From the NCBI RefSeq assembly GCF_905197185.1, contig NZ_CAJJXW010000001.1: a stretch of 64,000 nt of DNA; one strand, written 5' to 3'. This document shows, one piece after another, positions 51,302 to 61,708 of this stretch (position 1 is its first letter; each line of letters starts with the position of its first letter). Position numbers and translations under genes: made by a program. The notes below the pieces were generated by a model. It was not told the origin of the DNA and did not search any database. It saw nothing but the letters and a program-made list of their open reading frames with translations. The stretch comes from an uncultured Megamonas sp. Its GTDB lineage: Bacteria > Bacillota > Negativicutes > Selenomonadales > Selenomonadaceae.

Positions 51302-52120
51302 CTATTTATCTAATTGTGCATGGGCCTTTTGTACAACATCTTTTATTAAATTATCATCAATATTACTTTGATGCTGTTTATCCAAATCTAATAAAATAAG
51401 ATATTCAATATTTCCTTCTGGCCCTTTTACTGGAGAATATGTCAATTCTCTAGGTACAAAACCTAATTGTGTACTTAAATCTACGATTTTTTTGATTACT
51501 TCTTCATGCACACTTGGTTCGCGAACGACTCCTTTTTTACCAACTTTTTCTTTTCCAGCTTCAAATTGCGGTTTAATCAATGCTACAATTTTTCCATCAT
51601 CGCTAAGTAATGTTTTAGCTACAGGTAAAACTTTGTCCAATGAAATAAATGCTACATCAATTGAGGCAAAATTTATAGGTTCACCTATATCTTCTGGAGT
51701 AACATAGCGGATATTTGTTCTTTCCATATTTACTACGCGTTCATCTGTACGCAAGGACCATGCTAATTGACCATATCCTACATCTATAGCAAAAACTTTT
51801 TTCGCCCCATTTTGCAAAGAACAATCTGTAAATCCGCCAGTAGATGCACCGATATCAGCTACAACTAAATCTGTTAAATCCAAATTAAATTCTTTAATTG
51901 CTTTGGCTAATTTTAATCCACCGCGACTTACATAACCTATACTATCTCCTAAAACACGAAGTACAGCATCTTCTTTTACCATGGTACCTGGTTTATCTAT
52001 TTTTTGGCCATTAACCAATACCAATCCAGCCATTATAGTTGTTTTAGCACGTTCTCGACTAGATACTAAATTTTGTTCTGTCAACATCACATCTAAACGT
52101 TTTTTTGCCATTGAATTCAC
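51302..52120 (-). CDS. tlyA: TlyA-family rRNA 2'-O-methyltransferase (hemolysin A-like)
   Basis: S4 domain followed by an FtsJ-like MTase (DIGASTGGFTDC). Confidence 0.85.
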   Translation of the reverse strand: MNSMAKKRLDVMLTEQNLVSSRERAKTTIMAGLVLVNGQKIDKPGTMVKEDAVLRVLGDSIGYVSRGGLKLAKAIKEFNLDLTDLVVADIGASTGGFTDCSLQNGAKKVFAIDVGYGQLAWSLRTDERVVNMERTNIRYVTPEDIGEPINFASIDVAFISLDKVLPVAKTLLSDDGKIVALIKPQFEAGKEKVGKKGVVREPSVHEEVIKKIVDLSTQLGFVPRELTYSPVKGPEGNIEYLILLDLDKQHQSNIDDNLIKDVVQKAHAQLDK

Positions 52121-52128
52121 ACCTATTT

Positions 52129-54006
52129 CTATTCTTTAAAATCTTTTATTACTTGTACTATATCTTCACTTGTTAACTTACATTCAGATAATAATTCACT
52201 GCGTGTACCTTGTTCTATAAATTCGTCTTGTATACCCATACGAATTACTGGTTTATAAATTTTATGTGCATTTAATAATTCTAAAATTGCACTGCCAAAA
52301 CCGCCAGCTAAAATACCTTCTTCAATAGTTACGATATGATTTACTTTTTCAGCCATGGATAAAATCAAATCTTCATCAAGTGGTTTTATAAAGCGAGCAT
52401 TAATAACATTGCAATTTATGTTTTCTAATGATAATTTTTCACTAGCGATCATGGCTTCTTTTACCATTGAACCAACAGCTATTATTGCTACGGTAGCATT
52501 TTCATTATCTTGTAAAATTTCACCTTTGCCTAAAGGTAAAATCTCTGTTTCTTCTTTAACTGGAACACCGCAGGCATTGCCTCGTGGGTAACGTATGCTA
52601 CAAGGACAATTATAATTTACACTACTAAATACCATTTGACGAAGTTCGTTTTCATCTTTTGGTGCCATGACTATCATATTAGGCATTTGTCTCATATAAG
52701 CTATATCAAATACACCATGATGTGTTGGCCCATCTTCACCAACAAGTCCTGCTCTATCTAAACAAAATACTACTGGTAATTTTTGCAAACATATATCATG
52801 AATCATTTGATCATAAGCACGTTGTGCAAATGTTGAATACAATGCTACAAATGGTCGTTTACCGATGCAAGCTTGACCGCCAGCAAAAGTTACAGCATGT
52901 TCTTCTGCTATACCTACATCAAAAAATCTATTAGGATATATATTAGCAAATTTTTGTAGCCCTGTACCCGACGGCATAGCTGCTGTTATAGCGGTTATTT
53001 CTTTATTTTTGGCGGCTAAATCCACTAAAGCTTGACTAAAAACTGCTGTATACGTAGGCACAATACTATTTGAAGCAATCACTTCTCCTGTCAATACATC
53101 AAATTTACCAATACCATGGAATTTGGCTGGATTATTTTCTGCTGGCAAATAACCATGCCCTTTTTTGGTTTGTATATGAATAAGTACAGGCCCATCAATA
53201 TTTGATTTCACTTTTTCAAATACATTGATTAAATCTGTTAAATTATGTCCATTAAGTGGACCGATATAGTTAAAACCTAAAGCTTCAAAAATACCACCAG
53301 GAACAATGGCATTTTTTACACCATCTTTTACATAATTAGCTGTTTTTAATACAGATTCACCTATTTTAGGTATATTACCTAAAAATCGCTGAATATCCTT
53401 TTTAGCACGTTTATATTTCCCATCAATGCGAATAAGTGATAAATATTCAGACAATGCACCTACATTTTGTGAAATAGACATTTCATTATCATTTAAAATT
53501 ACAATCAATTTACGCTTCGAAATGCCTGCATTATTCAATCCTTCAAAAGCTTCTCCACCAGTTAAAGCACCATCACCAATGATGGCAATTACATTATAAT
53601 CTTCACCATTTAAATCACGTGCAACTGCCATTCCCAAAGCTGCTGAAATTGATGTACTAGCATGACCTACACCAAAAGCATCATATTCACTTTCAAAACG
53701 ATTTGGAAAACCTGTTATTCCATTTTTTTTACGCAATGTAGAAAACTTTTCTAATCTACCTGTTAATATTTTATGTGCATAAGCTTGATGACCAACATCC
53801 CAAACAAATTTATCTCTAGGGCAAGAAAATACTTTATGTAAGGCTAAAGTAAGTTCTACCGTTCCAAGACATGGAGCCAAATGTCCACCATTTTTAGCTA
53901 CAGTTTTTATTATCACGTCTCTAATCTGTGTAGCTACAATTTCTAATTGAGTCTCGGTCAAATATTTTAGCTCTGCTGGAGAATGTATCTGCTCTAAAAT
54001 ATTCAT
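52129..54006 (-). CDS. dxs: 1-deoxy-D-xylulose-5-phosphate synthase
   Basis: TPP-binding GDGALTGG and a transketolase-like architecture. About 625 aa. Confidence 0.9.
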   Translation of the reverse strand: MNILEQIHSPAELKYLTETQLEIVATQIRDVIIKTVAKNGGHLAPCLGTVELTLALHKVFSCPRDKFVWDVGHQAYAHKILTGRLEKFSTLRKKNGITGFPNRFESEYDAFGVGHASTSISAALGMAVARDLNGEDYNVIAIIGDGALTGGEAFEGLNNAGISKRKLIVILNDNEMSISQNVGALSEYLSLIRIDGKYKRAKKDIQRFLGNIPKIGESVLKTANYVKDGVKNAIVPGGIFEALGFNYIGPLNGHNLTDLINVFEKVKSNIDGPVLIHIQTKKGHGYLPAENNPAKFHGIGKFDVLTGEVIASNSIVPTYTAVFSQALVDLAAKNKEITAITAAMPSGTGLQKFANIYPNRFFDVGIAEEHAVTFAGGQACIGKRPFVALYSTFAQRAYDQMIHDICLQKLPVVFCLDRAGLVGEDGPTHHGVFDIAYMRQMPNMIVMAPKDENELRQMVFSSVNYNCPCSIRYPRGNACGVPVKEETEILPLGKGEILQDNENATVAIIAVGSMVKEAMIASEKLSLENINCNVINARFIKPLDEDLILSMAEKVNHIVTIEEGILAGGFGSAILELLNAHKIYKPVIRMGIQDEFIEQGTRSELLSECKLTSEDIVQVIKDFKE

Positions 54007-54027
54007 ATATAACACACTTTCTTTAGT

Positions 54028-54906
54028 TTATTTGTTTCTAGTAATCAAATAATCTACTAAAGCTCTTAAAAATTCTGCATTTTCACCAAAGCCTTCTAAA
54101 GCAACTTTTGCTTTATTTACAGCTTCTTGTGCCAAAGCTTTTGCACTTTCTAATGAACCTAAAGTTACATACGTAGATTTATGATTTTTTTCATCACTGC
54201 CTACAGGTTTACCTATAGTTTTTTCATCGCCAACGACATCTAAAATATCATCAGTAATTTGGAAAGCCAATCCAAATTGACGGGCATACTCTGTCAAATT
54301 AGCTAATTGTACATCATTAGCACCAGCTAAAATAGCTCCAGAACGAATAGCAGCACAAAATAATGCACCTGTTTTAGCTGCATGCATTTGTCTTAAAGTC
54401 TGCATATCAATTTGTTTATTTTCTGATTGCATATCTATGACTTGTCCACCAACCATACCTTCAGCACCAGCAGCCTTACTCATTTCTGCGATAATTTTAA
54501 CTTTTGTATCTGCATCTACATTTTTATCTGTAGCAATTATTTCAAAAGCCATAGTAAGAAGTGCATCACCAGCTAAAATAGCTAAAGCTTCACCGAAAAC
54601 TTTATGATTAGTAAGCTTTCCTCGACGATAATCATCATTATCCATAGCAGGCAAATCATCATGTATCAATGAATACGTATGAATAAATTCTATTGAAGTA
54701 GCTAATCTTAAAAATTTTTCTCCATCAACACCTAAAGCATCAGCTGCCGCCATTATTAAAATAGGACGAAGTCTCTTTCCGCCAGCCATTAAACTATAAT
54801 TCATAGCTTTAGCTAAATCCTTATTAAGTGCCATATTTTCTGTGTAAATTTCTGTTAATTGTTGATTTATCAAATCTATCTTTCTTTGCATATAAGCTTT
54901 CATCAT
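54028..54906 (-). CDS. ispA: farnesyl-diphosphate synthase (polyprenyl synthetase)
   Basis: FARM IHTYSLIHDDLPAMDNDDYRRG and SARM FQITDDILD motifs. Confidence 0.88.
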   Translation of the reverse strand: MMKAYMQRKIDLINQQLTEIYTENMALNKDLAKAMNYSLMAGGKRLRPILIMAAADALGVDGEKFLRLATSIEFIHTYSLIHDDLPAMDNDDYRRGKLTNHKVFGEALAILAGDALLTMAFEIIATDKNVDADTKVKIIAEMSKAAGAEGMVGGQVIDMQSENKQIDMQTLRQMHAAKTGALFCAAIRSGAILAGANDVQLANLTEYARQFGLAFQITDDILDVVGDEKTIGKPVGSDEKNHKSTYVTLGSLESAKALAQEAVNKAKVALEGFGENAEFLRALVDYLITRNK

Positions 54907-55146
54907 TTAATAATCACCTTCTACATTCAGCTTTTTTTCAGTTATTTTATTATCTTTTATATCAACTTCTGTATATATAGCATCTTTTGCTTTATTTAGT
55001 TCATCTAAACAAAAATTCGATAATTTCATACCTTCATTATATTTATCTATTAATTCATTTAACGGAATATCTCCTGCTTCCAATTGATTAACAATTTCTT
55101 CAAGAGTTTCCATAGCATTTTCAAATGTTATTTTTTTTCTAGCCAT
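54907..55146 (-). CDS. xseB: exodeoxyribonuclease VII small subunit
   Basis: 79 aa with FEEAMEELEEIV-type N-terminus (FENAMETLEEIVNQLE). Confidence 0.85.
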   Translation of the reverse strand: MARKKITFENAMETLEEIVNQLEAGDIPLNELIDKYNEGMKLSNFCLDELNKAKDAIYTEVDIKDNKITEKKLNVEGDY

Positions 55147-55155
55147 GAGAAAACC

Positions 55156-56358
55156 TCATTTTTCCTGTATTTCTATAATTTTAGCTTGAATTTTACCATC
55201 ATTAATCTCTATATTTAATGGCTTATTAATATCTATATCATGTATACTTTTTACATATTTATCTTCTTGTTTTGTAATACTAAAACCTCTTTGTAACACG
55301 TTTAAAGGATTTAATACTTTCATTTTTTCTATAAGAAGTTCTATCTGATGTTCTTTATCTATATATTTATCTTTTACAATTTTATTTAATCGTTCAATCA
55401 ATAAATCTAATTCTTGTTGTCTATTTTGTAACAATCGTTCTTTATCACTAAAAATACTATGCTTTAATAATAATTTAAATTTATTTTGTTTAATCAAAAA
55501 AAGATTATACGCTTTATTTCTACAATCTCTCTTTAGACTTTCAATATAGTTCACTAATGTATCTTTTTCTACTACAGCCAATTCTGCAGCTTGAGAAGGT
55601 GTTGCCGCTCTTACATCGCTTACAAAATCTGACAATGTATAATCCGTCTCATGCCCTACTGCTGAAATAATTGGTATTTTCGATGCAAAAATTTCTCTTA
55701 CTACAATTTCTTCATTAAATGCCCATAAATCTTCAAGTGAACCACCACCACGCCCGATGATGATAACATCTACAGGACATTTTTCATTAAAAAACTTAAT
55801 GCCTTGTACAATTTCTTTACTAGCATTTTCACCTTGTACTAATACTGAATACAATAAAATTTTTACTAATGGATTTCTTCTTCTAGCTACATGGCAAATA
55901 TCTTTAATAACTGCCCCTGTTCTTGACGTTACAACACCTATTCTTTTTGGATAAAAAGGCAATTCTTTTTTATGATTTTTATCGAATAAACCTTCACCAT
56001 TTAATTTATCCTTTAGTTGTTCAAACGCTAGTGCAAGCTCACCGATACCTTCTGGAGATAATTTTTGCACATATAATTGATACAATCCATCTTTTTCATA
56101 AATCGATATATATCCATTTGCTATGACTTTCATTCCATTTTGAGGAGCAAAACGAAATTTCATAGCATTAAAACGAAATGCCACACATTTTATACTAGCT
56201 GAATTATCTTTTAAAGTGAAATAACAATGTCCTGAAGAATGTACCTTAAAGTTAGATATTTCTCCTTTTAACATAATGTTTTGTAAAATAACATCATCTT
56301 CAAATTGTTGCTTTAAATATTTATTTAATTGACTTACTGTATAAATTTTTTCTGTCAT
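55156..56358 (-). CDS. xseA: exodeoxyribonuclease VII large subunit
   Basis: OB-fold N-terminus and ExoVII-L catalytic region. Conserved synteny. Confidence 0.88.
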   Translation of the reverse strand: MTEKIYTVSQLNKYLKQQFEDDVILQNIMLKGEISNFKVHSSGHCYFTLKDNSASIKCVAFRFNAMKFRFAPQNGMKVIANGYISIYEKDGLYQLYVQKLSPEGIGELALAFEQLKDKLNGEGLFDKNHKKELPFYPKRIGVVTSRTGAVIKDICHVARRRNPLVKILLYSVLVQGENASKEIVQGIKFFNEKCPVDVIIIGRGGGSLEDLWAFNEEIVVREIFASKIPIISAVGHETDYTLSDFVSDVRAATPSQAAELAVVEKDTLVNYIESLKRDCRNKAYNLFLIKQNKFKLLLKHSIFSDKERLLQNRQQELDLLIERLNKIVKDKYIDKEHQIELLIEKMKVLNPLNVLQRGFSITKQEDKYVKSIHDIDINKPLNIEINDGKIQAKIIEIQEK

Positions 56359-56415
56359 TATATCCTCATATAAATAAAAATGCCAGGCTGTAACTAGCCT
56401 GGCAAATAAACATTG

Positions 56416-56811
56416 TTATTTAATCATTGAGCCCAAAATACCATTAACAAAACGGGCAGAATCATCTGTACCGAATTTTTTGGCTAATTCGACAGCTTCA
56501 TTGATTGCTATATTAGGCACCAGTTTATCTGAACTGAATTTCATTTCAAATATAGCTAGACGAACGATATTTCTATCAATACCTGACATACGCTCGATTT
56601 TCCAGTCTTTAGACTTTTCCGCTATCATTTTATCAATAGACTCTAAATTTTCTCTAGTACCATTAACTAATATTCTTACAAAATCACAATCAGCTCCATG
56701 AAGTTTTTTATGTGATAATGCATTTTCAATAGCACTATCTACTTCACATTCATTAAAATCTAATTGAAATAATGACTGTAATGCGATTTCTCTCGCTTGT
56801 CTGCGACTCAT
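56416..56811 (-). CDS. nusB: transcription antitermination factor NusB
   Basis: 131 aa with the MSRRQAREIALQ N-terminus. Confidence 0.9.
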   Translation of the reverse strand: MSRRQAREIALQSLFQLDFNECEVDSAIENALSHKKLHGADCDFVRILVNGTRENLESIDKMIAEKSKDWKIERMSGIDRNIVRLAIFEMKFSSDKLVPNIAINEAVELAKKFGTDDSARFVNGILGSMIK

Positions 56812-56829
56812 ATAAAAAACTAGCTCCTT

Positions 56830-57081
56830 TTACCAACGACGTGAATAGGGTGGTAAGATTTTTTGAATTTTATATAAGATATTATCAGAAAAATCATCAT
56901 CTTTATCTATTAAATTACCCACATAAAAGCCTATTCCCATACAAATTATTACAAACAATGTAGTAAATAAACCAAATATAAGTATAGATAATGAAATTAC
57001 AAATCCTAAGATAATACCAATAGTCCTACCACAATGCTCATGTAATTGATATTTGATAAAATTTAAAATATCTTCTTTCAT
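56830..57081 (-). CDS. DUF2273-like small membrane protein (Asp23 locus)
   Basis: Two-TM small protein located between the amaP-like gene and nusB. Confidence 0.55.
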   Translation of the reverse strand: MKEDILNFIKYQLHEHCGRTIGIILGFVISLSILIFGLFTTLFVIICMGIGFYVGNLIDKDDDFSDNILYKIQKILPPYSRRW

Positions 57082-57101
57082 TGTGCACCTCAGCTAAAAC
57101 C

Positions 57102-57677
57102 TCATACAACACGCTTTTTATTGTTAGTAGAATTATTTGATATACTTTCTACATTAATATCAATTTTAGCTTCTTCAATACCTATATATTCTTTTAAATA
57201 TATATCAAGTTGTTTTTTTATTTCATCACTAATTGATACAATGTTATTTTCTTCGCCAACAATTAATTTTAGCTTAAAGTTTGGTATTAAAGTTTTATCT
57301 TTGGTTGGTGCCTTAGTCATTTTTAATCTTACTTTAACATCACGGACTCCTGTAATAGAACGGGCAATCTTATCAGCCATATCTTTTAGTGCTATTAAGG
57401 AAATATGAACTTCTCCCATTTTTCCTTGCACAATTACAGCCTCATTTGTTGATACATCATTACTATGTGTAGATAAACTCTGTATTAATAAATATAGACT
57501 ACAAATAAAAATGACTATTGCAACCACCACAGTTTCCATACGACTACACAAATACAAAAACTCATTCCAAATCTGAGCATCTGGAATAAATCTAGCAAAT
57601 AAAACTATAGTCAAGATAGAAACTGCACCAAATGCCAAAGCGTAAAAGAACAGGATGATACGATTTATAACGCTCAT
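57102..57677 (-). CDS. alkaline shock response membrane anchor protein AmaP-like
   Basis: N-terminal TMs plus an Asp23-like extracytoplasmic region. Immediately downstream of asp23. Confidence 0.6.
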   Translation of the reverse strand: MSVINRIILFFYALAFGAVSILTIVLFARFIPDAQIWNEFLYLCSRMETVVVAIVIFICSLYLLIQSLSTHSNDVSTNEAVIVQGKMGEVHISLIALKDMADKIARSITGVRDVKVRLKMTKAPTKDKTLIPNFKLKLIVGEENNIVSISDEIKKQLDIYLKEYIGIEEAKIDINVESISNNSTNNKKRVV

Positions 57678-57697
57678 ACTACTCCTCTTTCTTATAC

Positions 57698-58087
57698 TTA
57701 GCGAACGCGTGCTTCTTCTGTTTTTGCATCTTCAGGAAAACCTACACCCTGAACATGAACATTAACTTCTACAGTATTAAGACCTGTCATATTTTCAATA
57801 GCAGATTTTACTGTTTCTTGTACATTTAAAGCTATATCTGGAATACGCACACCATATTTAACAATGATATAAAGATCAATAGCTGCTTCTTTTTCGCCAA
57901 CCTCAACTTTTACACCTTTAGAAAAGTTTTTACGGCCTAAAATTTCAGCAATACCACCAGCGATACCACCGCTCATTCCTGCTACACCATCAACTTCAGT
58001 AGCAGCAAGACCTGCAATAATACTTACTACTTCATCCGCAATGCGAATAGTACCTAATGCATTGTTAATACCTTTTTTTTCGTCCAT
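57698..58087 (-). CDS. Asp23/Gls24-family envelope stress protein
   Basis: 129 aa matching the Asp23 family pattern (GVAGMSGGIAGGIAEILGRKNFSKGVKVEV). Confidence 0.82.
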   Translation of the reverse strand: MDEKKGINNALGTIRIADEVVSIIAGLAATEVDGVAGMSGGIAGGIAEILGRKNFSKGVKVEVGEKEAAIDLYIIVKYGVRIPDIALNVQETVKSAIENMTGLNTVEVNVHVQGVGFPEDAKTEEARVR

Positions 58088-58301
58088 GTTAAATCCTCCT
58101 TTGAAACTAAAGCAGTCTATATTGTTTTAGTTTTTTTATTAAGTTAATTATAACAAAAAATTTATAAATATACAACTAATGGAAATTACTCTCTTTTCAT
58201 TATAAATCATATATAAATTTACTATTTATGCTTAATTTTCATGAAGAATTACCTTAATTTAATTTTTAATTTTTCTTTATTATTCTTAGAAAAATTATTA
58301 C

Positions 58302-58335
58302 AAAAAGCCTTAGAGAAAAATCTCTAAGGCTTTTC
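58302..58335 (-). terminator. terminator downstream of pyk
   Basis: aaaaagccttagagaaaaatctctaaggctttt. Confidence 0.7.
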
Positions 58336-58363
58336 TATTAATTATTTAATTTTAATCTAAAAA

Positions 58364-59782
58364 TTAAATTGTATGAACACGGATTGTGCTTGTATTACCT
58401 TCACCGAATTTCATACCAGAAGTGATGATTGTTTTGTCACCCTGTTTTACGATACCCTGACGAACTGCTGCAGCTGTTGCTGTTGCGATCATTTCATCAA
58501 CATCATCCCAAGCTTTACCTTCAACAGGAACAACGCCCCAACGAAGATTTAAGTGACGAGCTACACGATCATTTGGAGTATATGCAATGATTGTAGCCTG
58601 TGGACGATATTTAGATACAACTTTAGAAGTGTAACCGCTTTCAGTTGGAGTAATAATAGCTTCTGCACTAAGTTCATAAGCCATTTGTACTGTAGCATGA
58701 GCAATAACATCAGTTGTAGAAACATTGTGATGAGTGAAACCTTTGGATACGAAGATTTCTTTGTATTCAAGAGCTTGTTCTACACGTTTAGCGATAACGT
58801 TCATTGTAGAAACAGCTTCTAATGGATAATCACCATTAGCGGATTCACCAGAAAGCATGATTGCATCTGCACCATCAAAGATAGCGTTAGCAACGTCAGA
58901 AGCTTCTGCACGAGTTGGACGTGGGTTAGAAGTCATAGTTTCAAGCATCTGAGTAGCTACGATAACTGGTTTACCAAGTTTGTTACATTTTCTGATGATA
59001 TCTTTCTGAATAAGTGGAACTTCTTCAGCTGGCATTTCAACACCGAGGTCACCACGAGCAACCATGATAGCATCGGAAGCAGCGATGATAGCATCAATAT
59101 TTTTAACAGCTTCAACACATTCGATTTTAGAAATGATTTCCATGTGTCCACCATGTTCTTTAATAAGAGCACGGATTGCTTCAACGTCTTCAGCACGTTG
59201 AATGAAGGAAGCTGCTACGAAATCCATATCATGTTCAATACCGAAAATGATATCGTTTCTATCCTGTTCAGAAATAGCAGGAAGACCGAGGGATACACCA
59301 GGAGCTGCAGCACGTTTACGAGTGCTCATAGGACCATCATTTAAAATAGTACAAATGATGTCTTTGCCTACGATTTCATCAACATGAAGACCTACAAGAC
59401 CATCAGAAAGTAATAAGATATTACCTGGTTTAACTTCTGTGTAAAGTTTTTTATGATTGATGGAAACATGAGTTTCATCACCTGGAATGTCATCATTAGT
59501 TAAAGTGAATTTATTACCTTTTTTAAGGTATACTTTACCTTCAGCAAAATCGCCAAGACGCATTTCAGGTCCTTTTGTATCAAGCATTAAAGATACAGTT
59601 TTACCAAGTTTTTTAGCAGTTTCTTTTACTTGATTAATGCGAGCTTCATGTTCTGCATAGTCACCATGAGAGAAATTGAAACGAGCAACATTCATACCAT
59701 TTTCAATAACTTTTTCTAAAAGGCCATCGCCTTTATCATAGTTAGGACCCATTGTGCAAACGATTTTTGTTTTCTTTAACAT
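58364..59782 (-). CDS. pyk: pyruvate kinase
   Basis: TKIVCTMGP and MLDTKGPEMR motifs. GGTGGGGA RBS before ATG 59782. The ORF-track GTG start at 59797 is probably an over-extension. Confidence 0.9.
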   Translation of the reverse strand: MLKKTKIVCTMGPNYDKGDGLLEKVIENGMNVARFNFSHGDYAEHEARINQVKETAKKLGKTVSLMLDTKGPEMRLGDFAEGKVYLKKGNKFTLTNDDIPGDETHVSINHKKLYTEVKPGNILLLSDGLVGLHVDEIVGKDIICTILNDGPMSTRKRAAAPGVSLGLPAISEQDRNDIIFGIEHDMDFVAASFIQRAEDVEAIRALIKEHGGHMEIISKIECVEAVKNIDAIIAASDAIMVARGDLGVEMPAEEVPLIQKDIIRKCNKLGKPVIVATQMLETMTSNPRPTRAEASDVANAIFDGADAIMLSGESANGDYPLEAVSTMNVIAKRVEQALEYKEIFVSKGFTHHNVSTTDVIAHATVQMAYELSAEAIITPTESGYTSKVVSKYRPQATIIAYTPNDRVARHLNLRWGVVPVEGKAWDDVDEMIATATAAAVRQGIVKQGDKTIITSGMKFGEGNTSTIRVHTI

Positions 59783-59812
59783 TTTTAAAATCCCCACCTA
59801 AATAATAAAATT

Positions 59813-60814
59813 TTATTTACTCATTGCTTCTTGAACAGCTACTGCTACGGCTACGCTAGCACCTACCATAGGGTTATTACCCATACCGATAAGTCCCATC
59901 ATTTCAACGTGAGCAGGAACGGAAGAAGAACCAGCAAACTGAGCATCAGAATGCATACGACCCATAGTATCAGTCATACCATAAGATGCAGGACCTGCTG
60001 CCATGTTATCTGGATGAAGTGTTCTACCAGTACCGCCACCAGAAGCAACAGAGAAATATTTTTTACCCTTTTCGATACATTCTTTTTTGTAACAACCAGC
60101 TACTGGATGTTGAAAACGGGTAGGATTAGTAGAGTTACCAGTGATAGAGATGTCAACATCTTCTTTATGCATGATAGCAACACCTTCTTGAACGCTATCT
60201 GCACCGTAACATTTAATAGCTGCACGTTCACCATTAGAATATGCAGTTTCTTTAACTACTTTGATTTCACCAGTTGCATAATCATATTGAGTCTGAACAT
60301 ATGTGAAACCATTGATACGGGAAATAATTTGAGCTGCATCTTTACCAAGACCATTTAAAATAACTTTTAAAGGAGTAGTTCTTACTTTATTTGCAGTTCT
60401 AGCGATACCAATAGCACCTTCAGCTGCAGCAAAAGATTCATGACCAGCAAGGAAAGCAAAGCATTTTGCATCTTCACTTAAAAGCATAGATGCAAGATTA
60501 CCATGACCTAAACCAACTTTTCTGTTTTCTGCAACAGAACCAGGAATACAGAAAGATTGTAAACCTTCACCAATAATTTTTGCAGCGTCTACAGCTTTTG
60601 TAGCACCTTTTTTAATAGCCATAGCTGCACCTACAGTGTAAGCCCAGCAAGCATTTTCAAAGCAAATTGGCTGAATACCTTTAACGATAGCAGCTACATC
60701 TATGCCTTTATCATCACAGATTTTTTTTGCTTCTTCTAAAGAAGAGATGCCATAGCTGTCTAAAGCTTTGTTAATTTTGTCAATACGACGTTCGTAACTT
60801 TCAAACAATGCCAT
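59813..60814 (-). CDS. GGGtGRT-family protein
   Basis: Contains the eponymous SGGGTGRT motif. 333 aa. Confidence 0.8.
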   Translation of the reverse strand: MALFESYERRIDKINKALDSYGISSLEEAKKICDDKGIDVAAIVKGIQPICFENACWAYTVGAAMAIKKGATKAVDAAKIIGEGLQSFCIPGSVAENRKVGLGHGNLASMLLSEDAKCFAFLAGHESFAAAEGAIGIARTANKVRTTPLKVILNGLGKDAAQIISRINGFTYVQTQYDYATGEIKVVKETAYSNGERAAIKCYGADSVQEGVAIMHKEDVDISITGNSTNPTRFQHPVAGCYKKECIEKGKKYFSVASGGGTGRTLHPDNMAAGPASYGMTDTMGRMHSDAQFAGSSSVPAHVEMMGLIGMGNNPMVGASVAVAVAVQEAMSK

Positions 60815-60842
60815 TTAATTTCATTCCTTCCTATTTTCTGTA

Positions 60843-61541
60843 TTATTCTTTACGAGGATCTACGTATCTTGCAGCTTCAGCAAAACGACCATAAGTACCT
60901 TTTGCTTTTTCTAAAGCTTCTTGTGCAGGAATACCTTTTTTAGTAATCATTTCCATCATTTTGCCGAGATGAACGAATTCATAACCAATGATACGGTCTT
61001 CTGCATCAAGAGCAATTCTTGTTACATAACCTTCAGCAAGTTCAAGATAACGAGAACCTTTTGCAAGTGTACCATACATAGTACCAACCTGACTTCTTAA
61101 ACCTTTACCAAGGTCTTCAAGGCCAGCACCGATAGGAAGACCACCTTCGGAGAATGCAGTCTGAGTTCTACCGTATACGATCTGGAGGAATAATTCTCTC
61201 ATAGCAGTATTAATAGCATCACAAACGAGGTCTGTGTTTAATGCTTCAAGAATAGTTTTACCAGGAAGAATTTCAGAAGCCATAGCTGCGGAATGAGTCA
61301 TACCGGAGCAACCAATAGTTTCTACTAAAGCTTCTTGGATAACGCCATCTTTAACATTAAGAGTTAATTTACATGCACCTTGTTGAGGAGCACACCAGCC
61401 AACACCATGAGTTAAACCGCTGATATCTTTAATTTCTTTAGCCTGTACCCATTTGCCTTCTTCAGGAATTGGAGCTGGGCCATGTTTTTCAATGCCTTTT
61501 GCCACACATGTCATATTAGACACTTCTTGTGAATAGATCAT
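60843..61541 (-). CDS. NifU/IscU N-terminal-like domain protein (partner of the GGGtGRT protein)
   Basis: The core GACKLTLNVKDGVIQEALVETIGCSGMTHSAAMASEILPGKTILEALNTD aligns with the IscU scaffold core (AC..., GC..., ...LNTD). AAGGAGAGG RBS. Confidence 0.6.
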   Translation of the reverse strand: MIYSQEVSNMTCVAKGIEKHGPAPIPEEGKWVQAKEIKDISGLTHGVGWCAPQQGACKLTLNVKDGVIQEALVETIGCSGMTHSAAMASEILPGKTILEALNTDLVCDAINTAMRELFLQIVYGRTQTAFSEGGLPIGAGLEDLGKGLRSQVGTMYGTLAKGSRYLELAEGYVTRIALDAEDRIIGYEFVHLGKMMEMITKKGIPAQEALEKAKGTYGRFAEAARYVDPRKE

Positions 61542-61708
61542 CTTTGTTTCCTCTCCTTAATATATACATTTTATACACGATATACATTATATCATTATAT
61601 TATATCATTATTCAAGTTTATGATATCAAAACTTAAAATAATAATTGCTTTTCTAAAATTAATAATACAATTTTATATTAAAATCGAAATTCATCAATAA
61701 AATTAATA

